Assembly: GCA_965205485.1 (NCBI GenBank)
Contig: OZ242180.1
Location: forward strand, 1,888,001-1,952,000
Direction of reading: 5' to 3'
DNA from: Candidatus Latescibacterota bacterium
GTDB lineage: Bacteria > Latescibacterota > UBA2968 > GCA-2709665
Length of the DNA: 64,000 nt
Below the pieces are notes generated by a model, which had not been told where the DNA came from, did not search any database, and was given only the letters and a program-made list of their open reading frames with translations. This document shows, piece by piece, positions 61,468-64,000 of this stretch. Position 1 is the stretch's first letter, and each line of letters begins with the position of its first letter. Position numbers and translations under genes: made by a program.

Positions 61468-61568
61468 CCCTGAGCACTTGCCCTGCTTGTGCTGCTTGCA
61501 CTGAGCTTGTCGAAGTGGCTTGTCGAAGCAAGCCTGCGGTCCCTGAGCCTGTCGAAGGGTCGAAGGGG
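61468..61568. repeat. CCCTGAGC(T/C)TGTCGAAGG-type palindromic repeats
   Basis: CACTGAGCTTGTCGAAGTG and CCCTGAGCCTGTCGAAGGG plus partial copies. Confidence 0.65.
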
Positions 61569-61637
61569 CGGCGACAATCTCATCGAACACCAGATCCTCG
61601 CCCCGCCCGTGTAGGGGCGTCCATACAAGGTCACGAA

Positions 61638-63104
61638 ATGGAACGTCGCATTTTCGGTCTGGAAACGGAATTCGGGTGCATGGCGCCGGAGCACGAGGGG
61701 TTTGTCAGCCCGGATGCCATTACGGTGAAGGTGAAGGACCACGTTTTTCACACCGAGCGCAAGGGTATCGTCGACATCCACTATCGGGGCCGCGACGAAC
61801 CGCCGGGAAACGGCGGTTTTTTGTTCAATTCCGGCAGGGTATATATCGATATGGGGCATATCGAATACACCACGCCGGAGTGCAAGAGCCTGTTCGACCT
61901 GGTGGCCTCCGACCGGGCGGGGGAACGGCTTCTGCAGCGGTCGCTTCGTTCGCTGGGGCTTGCGAAAGAGGCTTCGTTCCTCAAGAACAATATCGACCAT
62001 TATACGGGCGCCACGTTCGGCTGCCACGAGAATTACCTGATTCGGCGAAACGTACCGTTCTCCATGGTTGTGATACCGGCGCTGCTTCCTTTTCTGGTTA
62101 CGCGGCAGATCTACAGCGGCGCCGGCAGGGTGGGCAGCTACGACGACAGCTTTTACTACTATGGCAGGGACGACGTCGACGACGCCGGGCATGAGGACCC
62201 CGTCGCGTTTCAGATTTCGCAGCGCGCGGATCACATCGTCACGGAGATCTATCAGTGGATCCAGTTCAGCCGGGCGATCATCAACACGCGCGACGAACCC
62301 TTGGCCGACTATAACAAGTACCGCAGGCTGCACCTGCTGATGGGCGACTCCAATATGTCGGAGTACGCCACCGCGCTGAAGGTCGGTACTACCGCGATGG
62401 TGTTGAATCTGCTCGAGCAGAGGATTTTCCCGCAGGACGTGGGCCTTGGCGACCCGGTGTGGGCGTTGAAGGAGATTTCCAGGGACCCCTCCCATAAGTG
62501 GATTCTGGAACGCAAGAACGGCAGGCCGGTTTCCGCCGTGGATATCCAGCGTCGGTACCTGGATCTGGCGAAACGGCATCTGCGCGGGATGGATGAGGAG
62601 TCAGACTGGGTGCTGGTCGAATGGGAGGACACGCTGGACGCCCTCGAGCGGGATCCGATGGTCCTGAAGGACCGGCTGGACTGGGTGGCGAAGAAATGGA
62701 TGCTGGAAATGTTCGTGCAGTCGGAGGGCCTGGAGTGGAACGATCCGTGGCTTCAGAGCCTGGACCTGGAATTTCACAATATCGACCCCAACCGGGGGTT
62801 TTTCCTGGACCTCGAACACAAGGGGATGACGCGCCGTATTCTATCCGAGGAGCAGATCGCCCGCGCGGGAGACGAACCGCCCGCCGATACGCGGGCCCGG
62901 GGCCGGTCCGACGTGATCAGGGCCCTCTCGGAGAACCGGATGCGGTACATCGTGGACTGGGACTCGGTCTATCTGGAGAACGAAAGCCACCTGAGCCTTC
63001 TGGATCCGTTCGAGACCTACCGCGACGCGGCGGCAGAATTCATCCAGGAGATCCGTTCCGCGGCGCCCTCGCCCCGCCGCCCCATGCGCCGCAGGCTGAG
63101 ATGA
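61638..63104 (+). CDS. pafA: PafA-type modifier-protein ligase
   Basis: GLETEFG, NSGRVYIDMGHIEYTTPEC, KNNIDH..FGCHENY, SQRADHI, RAIINTRDEP. Confidence 0.9.
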   Translation: MERRIFGLETEFGCMAPEHEGFVSPDAITVKVKDHVFHTERKGIVDIHYRGRDEPPGNGGFLFNSGRVYIDMGHIEYTTPECKSLFDLVASDRAGERLLQRSLRSLGLAKEASFLKNNIDHYTGATFGCHENYLIRRNVPFSMVVIPALLPFLVTRQIYSGAGRVGSYDDSFYYYGRDDVDDAGHEDPVAFQISQRADHIVTEIYQWIQFSRAIINTRDEPLADYNKYRRLHLLMGDSNMSEYATALKVGTTAMVLNLLEQRIFPQDVGLGDPVWALKEISRDPSHKWILERKNGRPVSAVDIQRRYLDLAKRHLRGMDEESDWVLVEWEDTLDALERDPMVLKDRLDWVAKKWMLEMFVQSEGLEWNDPWLQSLDLEFHNIDPNRGFFLDLEHKGMTRRILSEEQIARAGDEPPADTRARGRSDVIRALSENRMRYIVDWDSVYLENESHLSLLDPFETYRDAAAEFIQEIRSAAPSPRRPMRRRLR

Positions 63105-63205
63105 CAACCGTGGGACAGGAGTCGTAGTCGCTCCACCATAAGTAAAGCAGCACACACGGGATGCCCGAAGGAACCCAAGCCTTCGTGCATCCCGTTTCAT
63201 TTGTC

Positions 63206-64000
63206 TCACCGCGATGCGAAATCCCGCTCGTCGTCCCGGTTCGCCTTCAGACCCGCCGCGTCGAGGCAGCGGTCCATCTCCGCGATCAGGTCATGGTAAC
63301 GGGTGCTTTCGAAATAGGCCCTGGCTCTGTCCGTCGTCCGGAGCCCCGTCTTGTCGGTATAGCGCATCGATGTGGTGTAGACGTCGTCAGCGGCGTCTTT
63401 CAGCAGCCGTGCGAATCGGGCCGGCTCGCAGTGGAGCAGCGGCGCCACCGCCGCGGTGACGTGAACGCCCGCGGCCCTCAAACGTCGCATGGTTTTCAGC
63501 CGGACGTCGATGCGAGGGGCGTGCGGCTCCAGCTTTCTCCGCACGCGGTCGTCGTCCGTGGGTACGGAAAAACACACGCGCAGAGGGAATTTGAACGTCC
63601 TCAGCAAGTCCACGTCATCCAGAACCAGGTGGCTACGCGTATGCACCACGACGTCTTTCGGGTTGCTGTCCTGCAGCACGCCCAGGCAGCGGCGGGTCAG
63701 CCGGTACTGACGTTCCACGTATTGATAGGGGTCTGTGGCGGAGCCCACGAAGATACGCCGGCCCCAGATCTTGTCTCGCGCCCTGCCCAGAAGAAACGGC
63801 GCGTTTGTCTTGGGCTGCACCCATGCCCCCCACGGCAGGGGGTGTTCCACGGCGTAGGGGTATTTCATGACGTAGCAATACGCGCACCCCATCCCGCAGC
63901 CCACGTAAGGATTCAGGGTGTACCGGGTGACGGGGGGGCCGTCCTGCGGCATCAGTACGGAACGCGCCGCGGTTTCTTCAATGGCTAGGTGAGTATGCGC
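63206..64000 (-). CDS. Radical SAM protein, SplB/Rv2578c-like (5' end probably outside the window)
   Basis: NPYVGCGMGCAYCY CX3CX2C motif, GSATDPYQ; frame stays open to the window edge. Confidence 0.85.
   Translation of the reverse strand, partial: AHTHLAIEETAARSVLMPQDGPPVTRYTLNPYVGCGMGCAYCYVMKYPYAVEHPLPWGAWVQPKTNAPFLLGRARDKIWGRRIFVGSATDPYQYVERQYRLTRRCLGVLQDSNPKDVVVHTRSHLVLDDVDLLRTFKFPLRVCFSVPTDDDRVRRKLEPHAPRIDVRLKTMRRLRAAGVHVTAAVAPLLHCEPARFARLLKDAADDVYTTSMRYTDKTGLRTTDRARAYFESTRYHDLIAEMDRCLDAAGLKANRDDERDFASR

Noticed and set aside
61446..61637. Cys-rich N-terminal extension of PafA
   Set aside because: It is a translation of the CTGAGCTTGTCGAAG repeats; the family start MERRIFGLETE is at 61638

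Overview
GC-rich diderm bacterial chromosome segment. An FCB-group-like candidate lineage such as Latescibacterota, possibly a sponge symbiont, is inferred from T9SS-type C-terminal domains, UBact and LPEGAIARLGKG-type WD40 proteins; the taxon is not verified. The housekeeping backbone comprises a GT-C glycosyltransferase, degP, a sigma54 activator, a giant TPR protein and ispE-tRNA-Gln-rplY-pth-hppA-rpsF-rpsR-rplI. Three things stand out. (1) A candidate non-cellulolytic cohesin-dockerin surface complex: a large scaffold with dockerin-like, cohesin and T9SS-tail domains, a dockerin-only paralog, and six tandem secreted dockerin-tailed proteins (HEFQH zinc peptidases, proteins built from an unrecognised ~110-aa repeat, and a WD40 propeller). 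(2) A complete UBact-proteasome locus (arc, dop, ubact, prcB, prcA, pafA). (3) Intergenic space packed with several families of miniature palindromic elements, most of which flip polarity between ~24 and ~32 kb. One of these is a ~300-nt structured element with compensatory base changes; an IS481 has inserted into one copy and another copy carries an IS-derived fragment. Clusters of 1-bp frameshifts at 25.6-28.5 kb and 41-43 kb are probably consensus errors. All calls come from reading motifs by eye; no searches were run.
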